A DNA stretch of 41,529 nucleotides from Pseudomonadota bacterium (GTDB lineage Archaea > Thermoplasmatota > SW-10-69-26 > JACQPN01 > JAJPHT01). Shown here piece after piece: positions 17,057 to 25,706 of this stretch (its first letter is position 1; every line of letters begins with the position of its first letter). Location: positions 1-41,529 of the forward strand of contig JAJPHT010000023.1 in assembly GCA_021325135.1 (NCBI GenBank), read 5' to 3'. The notes beneath the pieces are model-generated. The model saw only the letters and a list, made by a program, of their open reading frames with translations, was not told the DNA's origin and ran no database searches. A program made the translations under genes and the position numbers.

Positions 17057-17728
17057 TAGCAGTTCCCCAAGCGCCGCTCCGGGGTCCTTGGCCTTCATCA
17101 CGGCGCTGGCAAGGAGCACGCCCTCGGCGCCAAGCTCCAGCGCGCGGCGCAGGTCCTCGCCCGTTTTCACGCCCGCGCCGCAGAGCACGCGCGCCTGGGG
17201 GTGCACGGCCTTGGCGGCGCGCACGGAGTGGCGCACGACCTCGGGGTCCGCGGTGGTGACGCTGACGCTGCCGCCGATCAGCTCGGGCGGCTCGATGGCG
17301 AGGAGGTCGGGGCGCAGCGCGGCGGCGGCTCCGGTGGTGCGCGCGTTGTCCGTGCACACGACGCGCGCGAGGCCCGCCGCGGCGAGGCGCGCGCACGCGG
17401 CGTCGAGCTCGGCCAGCGTGAGGCGCCGCTCGGCGTGGTTGAGGAGGCTGCCCACGGCGCCCGCGTCCTGCGCGGCCTCCACGAGCGTGGCCCCCGTGCC
17501 GTTGCCCGGCGCGAGGCTGTCGACGTGCTGCGCGAGCACGGGGACGCGCGTGGCCTGCGAGACGCGCAGGAGGTCCGCCGCCTGGGGCGCCACCGCGAGG
17601 GTCACGCGCTTGCCGGCGGCCGCGCGGAGGAGGGCCTCGGTGAAGGGGACCGCGCGCTTGCCCGTCGCCTCGGCGTAGGTCTTGTAGTTGACGATGACCA
17701 CCGGGATTCCGGCGGGGAACGCGGCCAT
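17042..17728 (-). CDS. tpiA: Triosephosphate isomerase (archaeal type)
   Basis: IVNYKTY, AQHVD, LLNHAE, AIEPPELIG, LCGAGV, GVLLASA; ATG 17728. Confidence 0.95.
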   Translation of the reverse strand: MAAFPAGIPVVIVNYKTYAEATGKRAVPFTEALLRAAAGKRVTLAVAPQAADLLRVSQATRVPVLAQHVDSLAPGNGTGATLVEAAQDAGAVGSLLNHAERRLTLAELDAACARLAAAGLARVVCTDNARTTGAAAALRPDLLAIEPPELIGGSVSVTTADPEVVRHSVRAAKAVHPQARVLCGAGVKTGEDLRRALELGAEGVLLASAVMKAKDPGAALGELLSGLP

Positions 17729-17729
17729 C

Positions 17730-18056
17730 TCAGAGCCCCAGCGTCTTGGCGAAGCGCGCCTTGTACGCGTCCTTGGCGTGAAGGCCCGACACCTGGTCGA
17801 CGCGCCGGCCGTTCTTGAACACCAGCACGGCGGGCAGGCCCATGATGCCGTAGCGCTGCGCGGTCTGCGGGTTCTCCTCGGTGTTGATCTTCGCCACCGC
17901 GACCTGGCCGCCGTACTCCGCCGCCAGGTCGTGCATGATGGGGTCGAGCTTCTTGCACGGCTGGCACCAGGGCGCCCACGCGTCCAGGACGACGTTGGGG
18001 TGCTGCTGGAGGAACTGCGAGAAGGTGGCGTCGGTGACGTCGACCGGCGAGGCCAT
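17730..18056 (-). CDS. Thioredoxin (WCQPC)
   Basis: DAWAPWCQPCK, YGIMGLP, FKNG; tandem paralogue of the upstream thioredoxin. Confidence 0.9.
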   Translation of the reverse strand: MASPVDVTDATFSQFLQQHPNVVLDAWAPWCQPCKKLDPIMHDLAAEYGGQVAVAKINTEENPQTAQRYGIMGLPAVLVFKNGRRVDQVSGLHAKDAYKARFAKTLGL

Positions 18057-18119
18057 GCCCGGGAGCAGGCGCGAGGAAGGGAAAAAGGGCGCGCTATCGC
18101 GGGCCCCACTTCCTCTGGA

Positions 18120-18455
18120 TCAGATGCCGAAGCTCTTGTTGAACCGCGCGCGCAGCGTGTCCTTGGGCTGGACGCCGACGATCTGATCGACGCGCTCGCC
18201 GTTCTTGAACACCAGCAGCGTGGGGATGCTCATGATCCCGTAGCGCATGGCCGTCTGCTGGTTGTCGTCGGTGTTGAGCTTCGCGATGGCGACCTGGCCG
18301 TTGTACTCGATCGCCAGCTCGTCCATGATGGGCGCGATGCGCTTGCACGGCCCGCACCAGGGCGCCCACGCGTCGACGACGACGTTGGGGTGGCTCTTGA
18401 CGAACTGGGCGAAGTCGGCGTCGCTGATGTCCACGGGCTTCGTGGGGGCGCTCAT
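18120..18455 (-). CDS. trxA: Thioredoxin (WCGPC)
   Basis: DAWAPWCGPCK, YGIMSIPTLLVFKNG; ATG 18455. Confidence 0.95.
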   Translation of the reverse strand: MSAPTKPVDISDADFAQFVKSHPNVVVDAWAPWCGPCKRIAPIMDELAIEYNGQVAIAKLNTDDNQQTAMRYGIMSIPTLLVFKNGERVDQIVGVQPKDTLRARFNKSFGI

Positions 18456-18636
18456 CGGGCACCGCTGACCCGCTTCTGCCCCATAAGGATTCGGTGAGCC
18501 CGAGGCCACGGGGCCCCCTCCGGGGCGGCGCCCCCGCGTCGGGCTCCCCCAGGAGGGCCCGTCACGGCGGCGCGATCCCGGGGGGTGATCCGTCTTTTTG
18601 GCAAGCTTCAAAGGTGCCCAGGGCTCATGGGGATGC

Positions 18637-19080
18637 GTGCTCGACGAGAAGGACCGGCTCATCCTGGAGGAGCTTCGCGCCGACTCCAAGAAGACCACCA
18701 AGACCATCGCCGAGAACACGGGCATCCCCAGGACGACGGTCCACGACCGCGTCCACAAGATGGAGCACTCGGGCGTCATCAAGCGCTTCACCATCGTCCC
18801 CAACTACGAGCTCATCGGCGAGCCGACCACCGCCTTCGTCTTCATCAGCTACGCGGGCGGCAGCGGCGCCAACCAGCGCGAGCTCGCCAGCGCCCTCTCC
18901 AGCATGAAGGGCGTCTACGAGGTCCACATGATCAGCGGCGACTGGGACATCCTCGCCAAGGTGCGCGGCGAGAACGTCGAGCGCATCGGCGAGCTGGTCA
19001 CCGAGAAGCTGCGCGAATTGCCCGGAGTGGGCAAGACCGTGACCTGCGCGGTGTTCAAGACCGTCAAGGAAGAGACGTGA
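18637..19080 (+). CDS. Lrp/AsnC family transcriptional regulator
   Basis: LDEKDRLILEELRADS...TVHDRVHKME.SGVIKRFT HTH, VYEVHMISGDWD RAM domain; GTG 18637. Confidence 0.92.
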   Translation: MLDEKDRLILEELRADSKKTTKTIAENTGIPRTTVHDRVHKMEHSGVIKRFTIVPNYELIGEPTTAFVFISYAGGSGANQRELASALSSMKGVYEVHMISGDWDILAKVRGENVERIGELVTEKLRELPGVGKTVTCAVFKTVKEET

Positions 19081-19137
19081 GCCGCGCGATCCAAATCGCA
19101 AGGCTTAGAAGCCGCGCGGCCGGATGATGCGCCCGGG

Positions 19138-19992
19138 ATGCACACGATGAGCGTGCAGGACAAGCTCAGGCTCCACCTCGCCGACAAGACCGTCACCTGG
19201 CGCGAGGACGTGCCCCACGCCCTCGCCGCGCAGACCCCCGAGGGGCTCTTCCTCTCCTTCGGCGGCGCCGTCACCGCCTCCACCGTCATCGACGCGTACA
19301 ACGCCGGCCGCGGCTCCCGCATCACTCTCCTCCACGAAGGTCCCGTGGGCGACGTCGCGCGCCGCAGCGCGGCCCGCTTCGGCGTCACGCTCCTGGACGC
19401 CGCCACGCTCCCCGAGCCCGCCCCCACCACCCTCGCCGAGACGCTGGCCCCCCGCGCCGCGCTCCCCGCCCCGGCGCCTGAACCCCTCCTTCCCGCCCAC
19501 GTCGAGCCCGCGCCCGTGGTCACGCCCGGGGTCGCACCCGTGGCGCCACCCGTGGTCACGCCCGTGGCGGACCCCCCCGCGCTCCCGCCCCTCCCCTGGG
19601 ACGCCTCCGTCCCCCCGGCCGACCCCTTCTCCACGGCGCAGGTCACCCTGGAGGTCACGCCCCACGAGATCCTGGCGATGCCCTGGACGCTCCACCCCGA
19701 CACGCCCGTCGAGGAGCACCTGGAGATCACGGAGACGAAGCGCGGGCCCCGCGGCACCCTCCGCCCGACGACGGACCTCCACCCGGACTCGAAGCACTGG
19801 GGCCTCCCGTGGCCACGCCCGCGGACGCCGGCGGACGGCCTCGCCATCGCGGACCCCAAGATCTGGAGCAACCCCCAGCGCCTGGAGTCGCTGCACGCCT
19901 CGTTCGACGCGCGCGCGGCGAAGCTCGCCGGGCCGGGCCCCGCGCCCGAGGGCGGAAGCTGGCTGAAGCGCCTCCAGTTCGACGGCGCCTGA
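19138..19992 (+). CDS. Hypothetical protein (possible degenerate Mrr-like N-domain, Pro-rich linker)
   Basis: Good codon bias, promoter-like ggcttagaag upstream. V...ARRSAARFGVTLLD resembles the end of Mrr_cat domains. The linker contains repeat family C. Confidence 0.6.
   Translation: MHTMSVQDKLRLHLADKTVTWREDVPHALAAQTPEGLFLSFGGAVTASTVIDAYNAGRGSRITLLHEGPVGDVARRSAARFGVTLLDAATLPEPAPTTLAETLAPRAALPAPAPEPLLPAHVEPAPVVTPGVAPVAPPVVTPVADPPALPPLPWDASVPPADPFSTAQVTLEVTPHEILAMPWTLHPDTPVEEHLEITETKRGPRGTLRPTTDLHPDSKHWGLPWPRPRTPADGLAIADPKIWSNPQRLESLHASFDARAAKLAGPGPAPEGGSWLKRLQFDGA
19513..19572. repeat. Family C repeat, copy 3: five tandem 12-nt units inside a CDS
   Basis: cccgtggtcacg cccggggtcgca cccgtggcgcca cccgtggtcacg cccgtggcggac = PVVT PGVA PVAP PVVT PVAD. 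Confidence 0.85.
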
Positions 19993-21804
19993 TCACTCGG
20001 GGGCCATCCAGCCCATCTCCACCGCGGTCCGGTAGAGGCGCTTGCCCTGGAGGTCCGCGGGCGTGAGGTCCAGCGTGCTGCCGGCGGCGTGGCGCACGCC
20101 CGCGTCGTAGTCCTTGAACCCCTTCTTGACGAGATAGCGGGTGGTCCGCTCGGTGGCGAAGGCCTCCATGGCGGCGGCGGTGCGCGCGGCGGTGAGGTCG
20201 CCGGTGAAGACCTTGGCCTGCCCCCGGGCGAGGATGGCCACCTTGTCCACCACCGAGTCCAGGAACCAGCGGTCGTGGCTCACGACGAGGAGCGTGCCCT
20301 GGTAGGCGTTGAGCGCGCCCACGAGGGCCTTCACGCTGTCGAGGTCCAGGTGGTTGGTGGGCTCGTCGAGGATGAGGAGGTTGGAGGGGGAGAGGATGGT
20401 CTTCAGGAGCGCGAGGCGGCTGCGCTCGCCGCCCGACAGGGAGGCCACCTTGCGGGCGGGGTCGTGGTCGTGGCGGAAGCCGAAGCGGCCCAGGAGGGCG
20501 CGGCCGTCCTCTTCCGCGAGGCCGGGGCGCGCGCCGCGCACCTCGTCCAGCAGGCTCCTGCGCTCGTCCAACCCTTCGTGGCCCTGGGCGTAGTACGCGC
20601 CCTTGACGCCGGGGGCCACCTCGATGGTGCCCACGTCCTTCTTCTCGCGGCCGGTGAGGATGCGCAGGAGCGTCGTCTTGCCCACGCCGTTGGGCCCCGC
20701 GAGCCCCATGCGGTCCCCCTTGACCACGTCGAGGTCGAGGCCGTAGAAGAGGACGCGCTCGCCCAGCTTCTTGCCCAGGCCGCGGACGCGCACGACCTCG
20801 CGGGAGGACTTGAACGTCTCGGGGAAGCCCAGCGCCATGGCGGCGCGCGCGACGAGGGGGTCGGGCGTGCGGTCGATGGCGGCGCGGTACTTCTCCAGGC
20901 GCGTGAGGCGGCTCGCCATCTGGCCGTTGAAGCGCTTCATGTGGCGGAACTGCTCGATGACGGCCTTCTGGCGCTCCAGCTCCTTCTCTTCGCGCTCGCG
21001 CTGGAGGAGGAGCCGCTGCTGGTCCTCGGAGCGCACGCGCTCGAAGTCGCTGTAGTTGCCGGGGTACGATTCGATGGCGCCGTCGTGGAGCCAGAGCACG
21101 CGCGTCGCGAGGTTGTCCAGGAAGGCGCGGTCGTGGCTCACCAGGAGGACGGTGCCCGCGTAGCCGCCGATCCAGTCCTCCAGCCATTCGACGGTCTCCA
21201 CGTCCAGGTGGTTGGTGGGCTCGTCGAGGATGAGGAGGCCGCTGGGCTCGGCGGCGTGGAGCGCCTTGGCGAGGAGGAGGCGCGTGCGCTCGCCACCCGA
21301 CAAGTGCGCGGCCTTCTTGCCGAGGTCGTCCTCGGCGAAGCCCAGGGCTTCGGCGATGGCGCTGCCGGCGGCGTCGGAGCCTGCGGCTTGGGCCTGGGCG
21401 GCTTCGCGTTGCAGCTCGCCGTAGCGGGCGACGACGACGTCCGCTTCGCCCGATTCGTAGAGCGCGGGGTCGGCCATGCGCTCTTCGAGCGAAGCAAGCT
21501 CGGCCGCGATCTCGGGGGGCACCGTCGCGGCCGCGGCGAGGACCTGGCGCGCGGTGGCGTCGGGGCCCACCTTGGCGTGCTGCTCGAAGTAGGCGATGGG
21601 CAGGCGCGGGGCGAGGAGGAGCGTGCCTTCGTCGGGCCGCGCGCGGCCGGCGATCATCTCGATGAGGGTCGTCTTGCCCGCGCCGTTGGGGCCCACGAGG
21701 GCGATGCGCTCGCCCGCCTCGATGGAGAAGGCGGCGCCGTCCAGGATGGCGCGCCCTCCCAGCGCGCGGTGGAGGCTCTCGCCGGTGACCAGGGGGCGCG
21801 GCAC
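19993..21804 (-). CDS. ABC-F family ribosome-associated ATPase
   Basis: Two ABC cassettes (GPNGAGKT / GPNGVGKT, LSGGE, LDEPTNHLD, SHDR), inter-domain linker YPGNYS, no TM segments. Confidence 0.92.
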   Translation of the reverse strand: MPRPLVTGESLHRALGGRAILDGAAFSIEAGERIALVGPNGAGKTTLIEMIAGRARPDEGTLLLAPRLPIAYFEQHAKVGPDATARQVLAAAATVPPEIAAELASLEERMADPALYESGEADVVVARYGELQREAAQAQAAGSDAAGSAIAEALGFAEDDLGKKAAHLSGGERTRLLLAKALHAAEPSGLLILDEPTNHLDVETVEWLEDWIGGYAGTVLLVSHDRAFLDNLATRVLWLHDGAIESYPGNYSDFERVRSEDQQRLLLQREREEKELERQKAVIEQFRHMKRFNGQMASRLTRLEKYRAAIDRTPDPLVARAAMALGFPETFKSSREVVRVRGLGKKLGERVLFYGLDLDVVKGDRMGLAGPNGVGKTTLLRILTGREKKDVGTIEVAPGVKGAYYAQGHEGLDERRSLLDEVRGARPGLAEEDGRALLGRFGFRHDHDPARKVASLSGGERSRLALLKTILSPSNLLILDEPTNHLDLDSVKALVGALNAYQGTLLVVSHDRWFLDSVVDKVAILARGQAKVFTGDLTAARTAAAMEAFATERTTRYLVKKGFKDYDAGVRHAAGSTLDLTPADLQGKRLYRTAVEMGWMAPE

Positions 21805-21823
21805 GCGGGCGCGAGGCGGGGCC

Positions 21824-22576
21824 TCAGCCTTGAACCTGCCGCGCGATCCACGCCTCGATGGCCGCGGAATACGCGGGGTCCAAGAGGAGGTTCGTCCCGT
21901 GGGCGCTGCCGGGGACCACGTCCACGTCGTGGGGGCCCGGGTGGCGCTGCGCGAGGTCGCGGGCGGATTGCGCGGCGTAGGCGTCGCCCTGGGAGGCGAA
22001 GAAGAGGATGGGCCCGCGGAACGCGGCCGCGGCGCCCGTGGCGTCGATGCCTCGGTAATTGTCCCCCGCGGAGAGGAGCACCGCGGCGCGCGCGAGGGGG
22101 TCGGCCGCGGCGTGGCGCAGCGCCTCGTTGGCGCCCACGGAGGCGCCCAGGATCACGCTGGCGTTGGCCAGGGGCTGCATCGCGGCGAGGTCGCGCTCCA
22201 TGGCGAGGAAGTCCGCGTCGCCGAACTGCTGGAGCGTGCGCGTGGAGCCGTCCGTGCGGTGCGTGGAGAGGCCGTGGCCCCGGGAGTCGAACGCCACGAC
22301 GCGCCACCCTTTGGCAGCGAGGTCATGGGCCAGCGTGTCGTAGCTGTGCCGGTCCTCGTTGAGGCCGTGGACCAGGAGGATGCCCGGGGCGGTGGCGTTC
22401 CCGCGGTTCCACGCCGCGCCCTGGAGCACCCAGCCGTCCGCGGTGGTCGCGCAGAGCGCCTCGCCTCCTCCGCGGTCGATGGCGGCCGGCGCGCAGGGGG
22501 CGGGCGCCGCGGGCGCGGGCGAGGCGGCGCACCCCGCGAGGAGCAGCGCCGCCACCAGGAGCAGGGGCCGGAGCAC
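21824..22576 (-). CDS. Alpha/beta-hydrolase lipoprotein
   Basis: Lipobox LAGC, LVHG, FDSRGHG, nucleophile GASVG, GD, terminal AHG. Confidence 0.85.
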   Translation of the reverse strand: MLRPLLLVAALLLAGCAASPAPAAPAPCAPAAIDRGGGEALCATTADGWVLQGAAWNRGNATAPGILLVHGLNEDRHSYDTLAHDLAAKGWRVVAFDSRGHGLSTHRTDGSTRTLQQFGDADFLAMERDLAAMQPLANASVILGASVGANEALRHAAADPLARAAVLLSAGDNYRGIDATGAAAAFRGPILFFASQGDAYAAQSARDLAQRHPGPHDVDVVPGSAHGTNLLLDPAYSAAIEAWIARQVQG

Positions 22577-22606
22577 GAGCCCGCAGCCCGCCCCTGGGCG
22601 AAGAAC

Positions 22607-23584
22607 CTACGGGTCGAGGTGCAGCGTGAGGCTCACGGGCCAGTAGCCCCCCTCGCCGGCGTTCCACGACTCGACGACCTTCACGTCCCGCGCGCCGGTG
22701 AGCAGCGGCAGGACGTCGGCGGGAAGCTCGCCGCGGTAGGGCGGGATGACGCCCGTGCCGGTGGCGTGGACGCCCGCGTCGTTGGCGGCCTGCTGCGCGG
22801 TCCACCACATGGCGCCGTGGATCGTGGGGTCCTGGGGCGAGAAGCCCACGAGCGCGTAGGTGTAGGGGAGCGCGGTGGCCTGCGCGACCTCCACGCCGTC
22901 GACGAGGACGTGGAACGTGGGCGGCGTGGGGTGCGCGGTGTTGAGGTACCAGAACTCGCCGTCCTGGCCGTGGCCGCTGGTGGTCAGCTCCACGATGGCG
23001 CGGCTGGGCGCGGCGGCGGGGAAGGCGACCGTGGCGTCGGCGGCGCTGCCGTCGCAGCAGAGGCCCGCGAACTCGAAGACGGGGAAGGTGGCGGCGTGCG
23101 CGCCCTCGACGGCGGCCGCGGTGGGCTCCTCGTAGAAGTCGAGCCTCACCGAGAGGTACTGCACGCCCACGTAGGTGCCGAAGTTGAGGTCCACGGGCAC
23201 GGTGGAGCCGGGCGCGAGCAGCGCCGCGTAGGACGTGATGTCCTTGGTGAGCGTCATGGGCGCGCGGGCCGTGGTCGCGTGCAGCACCTCGGCGCCCGCG
23301 ACGCCCACCATGGCGAGGCGGTCCCAGGGGTCCGTGCCCGAGTCGTCGTGGAACGTGAGGACGACGCGGTTCCACGCCACCGTGGGGATGGTGACCATCT
23401 GCGTGCGCGTGCCGCCCGCGTAGCTCCACGGGTCGTTGACGAAGGGCGTCAGCGTCGCCACGGGCGCGGTGGCCACGGGCGCGGTGGGCCCCTGCTGCGG
23501 GGTGAGCACCGTGGGGCCGGCGGGGCCCGCCAGGGCGGCCGGAAGGAGGACGAGGAGCGCCAACGCGAGGGCGAGGGGTCGCAT
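22607..23584 (-). CDS. Secreted peptide-N4-asparagine amidase A (PNGase A) N-domain-like protein
   Basis: Signal peptide; WDRL..V.V.G.EV...TT, KDITSYAALL, SGHG..EFWY, V.VDG...A.P.Y patterns of the PNGase A family. Confidence 0.65.
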   Translation of the reverse strand: MRPLALALALLVLLPAALAGPAGPTVLTPQQGPTAPVATAPVATLTPFVNDPWSYAGGTRTQMVTIPTVAWNRVVLTFHDDSGTDPWDRLAMVGVAGAEVLHATTARAPMTLTKDITSYAALLAPGSTVPVDLNFGTYVGVQYLSVRLDFYEEPTAAAVEGAHAATFPVFEFAGLCCDGSAADATVAFPAAAPSRAIVELTTSGHGQDGEFWYLNTAHPTPPTFHVLVDGVEVAQATALPYTYALVGFSPQDPTIHGAMWWTAQQAANDAGVHATGTGVIPPYRGELPADVLPLLTGARDVKVVESWNAGEGGYWPVSLTLHLDP

Positions 23585-23673
23585 CGCCGCACCAGCGCGC
23601 GCCCAGGGCTGAAGGATTCTCCTCAGACCGTAAGCACCACACCTTCATCCCCTCCCTGCCTGCGTCCTCCTGC

Positions 23674-25080
23674 GTGGCTACGCTCACGTTCCGCACCCGC
23701 GTCGCGGCCTCCCCCGAGGCGCTGCGCGCGTGGCACGCCCGCCCCGGCGTCCTCACCCTGCTGACGCCGCCGTGGGAGCGCGTCGAGGTGGAGCGGGAGG
23801 CCGCGCCCCTGGAGCCGGGCTCCCAGGCGTCGCTGCGGATCGCGGTGGGGCCGCTGCGCGTGCGCTGGGTCTCGACCCACGAGCCCACCCCGGAGGGCTT
23901 CCGCGACGTGCAGGTCAAGGGCCCCTTCCGCTCCTGGGTCCACGAGCACCGCTTCCTGCCCGACGGCGAGGGCGGCGCGTGGCTGGAGGACCGGCTCGAC
24001 TACCGGCTGCCGGGCGGCGCGCTGGGCTCCCTGCTGGCCGGCCGCGCCGTGCGCCGCAGGCTCGCGAGGGCGTTCCGCCATCGTCATGCCCTCACCGCCC
24101 ATGCCGTGGCCATGGCCACGCAACGGCAGGGGCTCCCGCGGAGGATCGCGATCACCGGCTCGCACGGCCTCGTGGGCAGCGCCCTCGCGTCGCACCTCGC
24201 CGCCCAGGGCGACCGCGTCGTGCGCCTCGTGCGCGGCGAGCCCCAGGGGCCCGACGAGCGCCGCTGGGACCCCCACGGCGCCTCCCTGGACCCCTTCGCG
24301 CTGGCGGGCGTCGACGCCATCGTCCACCTGGCGGGCGAGAGCATCTCCAGGCGATGGACGAAGGCGCGCCGCGGGGAGATCATGTCCTCCCGCGCCGAGG
24401 GCACGCGCCTCCTGGCGCAGGCCGCCGCGGCCGCTGGCGTAAGGACCTTCGTCTGCGCGAGCGCGGTGGGCTGGTACGGCGACTCCGGCGAGCGCGAGGT
24501 GGACGAGGGCGACCCCCGCGGTCGCGGCTACCTCGCCGACGTGGTCGAGGCGTGGGAGGGGGCCACGCGGCCGGCGGCGGACGCGGGCGTCCGCGTCGTG
24601 AGCGCCCGGTTCGGCATCATCCTCAGCCCCCGCGGCGGCGCGCTGCCTCGCATGCTCCTCCCGGCGAGGCTCGGCGCGGGCGGCCCCATCGCCGGCGGCC
24701 GCCAGTGGTGGAGCTGGGTCGACCTGGACGACGTCGTGGGCGCGCTGGACCACTCCCTGAGCCATGACGACGTGAAGGGCCCGATGCTCGTCGTCTCGCC
24801 CCACCCGGTGAGGAACGACGAGTTCGCCCGCGTCCTGGGCCGCGTCCTGCGGCGCCCATCCTTCGTCCCCCTGCCGGCCTTCGCCGCGCGCCTGGCGCTG
24901 GGCGAGATGGCGGACGAGCTGCTGCTATCAAGCTGCCGCGCGAGGCCCGCGAAGCTCCTCGCCTCCGGCTACCGCTTCGCGCACCCCGACCTGGAGGGCT
25001 CGCTGCGCCACCAGCTGGGCCGGCCCGCGGCGGGGGGCCGCGACGTATCCGGGGATTCAAATACGGCGCGCCGAATCTGA
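23674..25080 (+). CDS. SRPBCC domain fused to TIGR01777 (YfcH-like) NAD-dependent epimerase
   Basis: LTPPW...DVQVKGPFRSWVHEHRF, then ITGSHGLVG, HLAGE, ASAVGWYG, GRQWWSWV, GEMADELLL. Confidence 0.9.
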   Translation: MATLTFRTRVAASPEALRAWHARPGVLTLLTPPWERVEVEREAAPLEPGSQASLRIAVGPLRVRWVSTHEPTPEGFRDVQVKGPFRSWVHEHRFLPDGEGGAWLEDRLDYRLPGGALGSLLAGRAVRRRLARAFRHRHALTAHAVAMATQRQGLPRRIAITGSHGLVGSALASHLAAQGDRVVRLVRGEPQGPDERRWDPHGASLDPFALAGVDAIVHLAGESISRRWTKARRGEIMSSRAEGTRLLAQAAAAAGVRTFVCASAVGWYGDSGEREVDEGDPRGRGYLADVVEAWEGATRPAADAGVRVVSARFGIILSPRGGALPRMLLPARLGAGGPIAGGRQWWSWVDLDDVVGALDHSLSHDDVKGPMLVVSPHPVRNDEFARVLGRVLRRPSFVPLPAFAARLALGEMADELLLSSCRARPAKLLASGYRFAHPDLEGSLRHQLGRPAAGGRDVSGDSNTARRI

Positions 25081-25085
25081 GGGGC

Positions 25086-25706
25086 ATGCGGGTCGTCGTC
25101 AACGCGGCCATGAGCGCGGACGGCAAGATCGCTCTGCGCGGCGGGAACCCCCTCACGCTCTCGGACGACGCGGACATGCGACGCGTCCAGGACATGCGCG
25201 CCAAGAGCGACGCCATCGTCGTGGGCATCGGCACCGTCCTCGCGGACGACCCCAGCCTGCTGGCGAAGACGCCGGGCGTCAAGCAGCCCATCCGCGTCGT
25301 GCTGGACAGCAAGGCGCAGACGCCGCCCAACGCCCGCGTGCTCAACGGCGCGGCGCGCACCGTGGTCTACGTCGCCAAGGGCAACGCGCGCCGCTTCCCC
25401 AACGCGGACTGCGTGGAGGCCGGCGAGGGGCGCGTGGACCTGCGCCTCGTGCTGCGCGACCTCCAGGCCCGCGGCGCGCAGAGCGTCATGGTGGAGGGGG
25501 GCGCCACCGTCATCGGCTCCTTCCTGCGCATGGGGCTCGTGGACGACCTCTACACCTGGCTTGCGCCCGTGGTCGTGGGCGGCGGCGCGCCCAGCCTCGT
25601 GGAGGGCCCCGGCGCCGAGCGCGCGGAGCACGTCCTCAAGCTCAAGCTCGCGGAGGCGACGCTCCTGGGGAAGGGCGTGCTGCTCCACTACGTGCCCGGC
25701 GGCTGA
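25086..25706 (+). CDS. 2,5-diamino-6-(ribosylamino)-4(3H)-pyrimidinone 5'-phosphate reductase (archaeal RibD-C)
   Basis: NAAMSADGKI, DAIVVGIGTVLADDPSL, RVVLDS, MVEGG; no deaminase domain. Confidence 0.88.
   Translation: MRVVVNAAMSADGKIALRGGNPLTLSDDADMRRVQDMRAKSDAIVVGIGTVLADDPSLLAKTPGVKQPIRVVLDSKAQTPPNARVLNGAARTVVYVAKGNARRFPNADCVEAGEGRVDLRLVLRDLQARGAQSVMVEGGATVIGSFLRMGLVDDLYTWLAPVVVGGGAPSLVEGPGAERAEHVLKLKLAEATLLGKGVLLHYVPGG

Noticed and set aside
23455-23490. gccacgggcgcggtg x2 in the PNGase-like gene as another family-C copy
   Set aside because: 15-nt period encoding TAPVA repeats, sharing only ~10 nt with family C; most likely local slippage.
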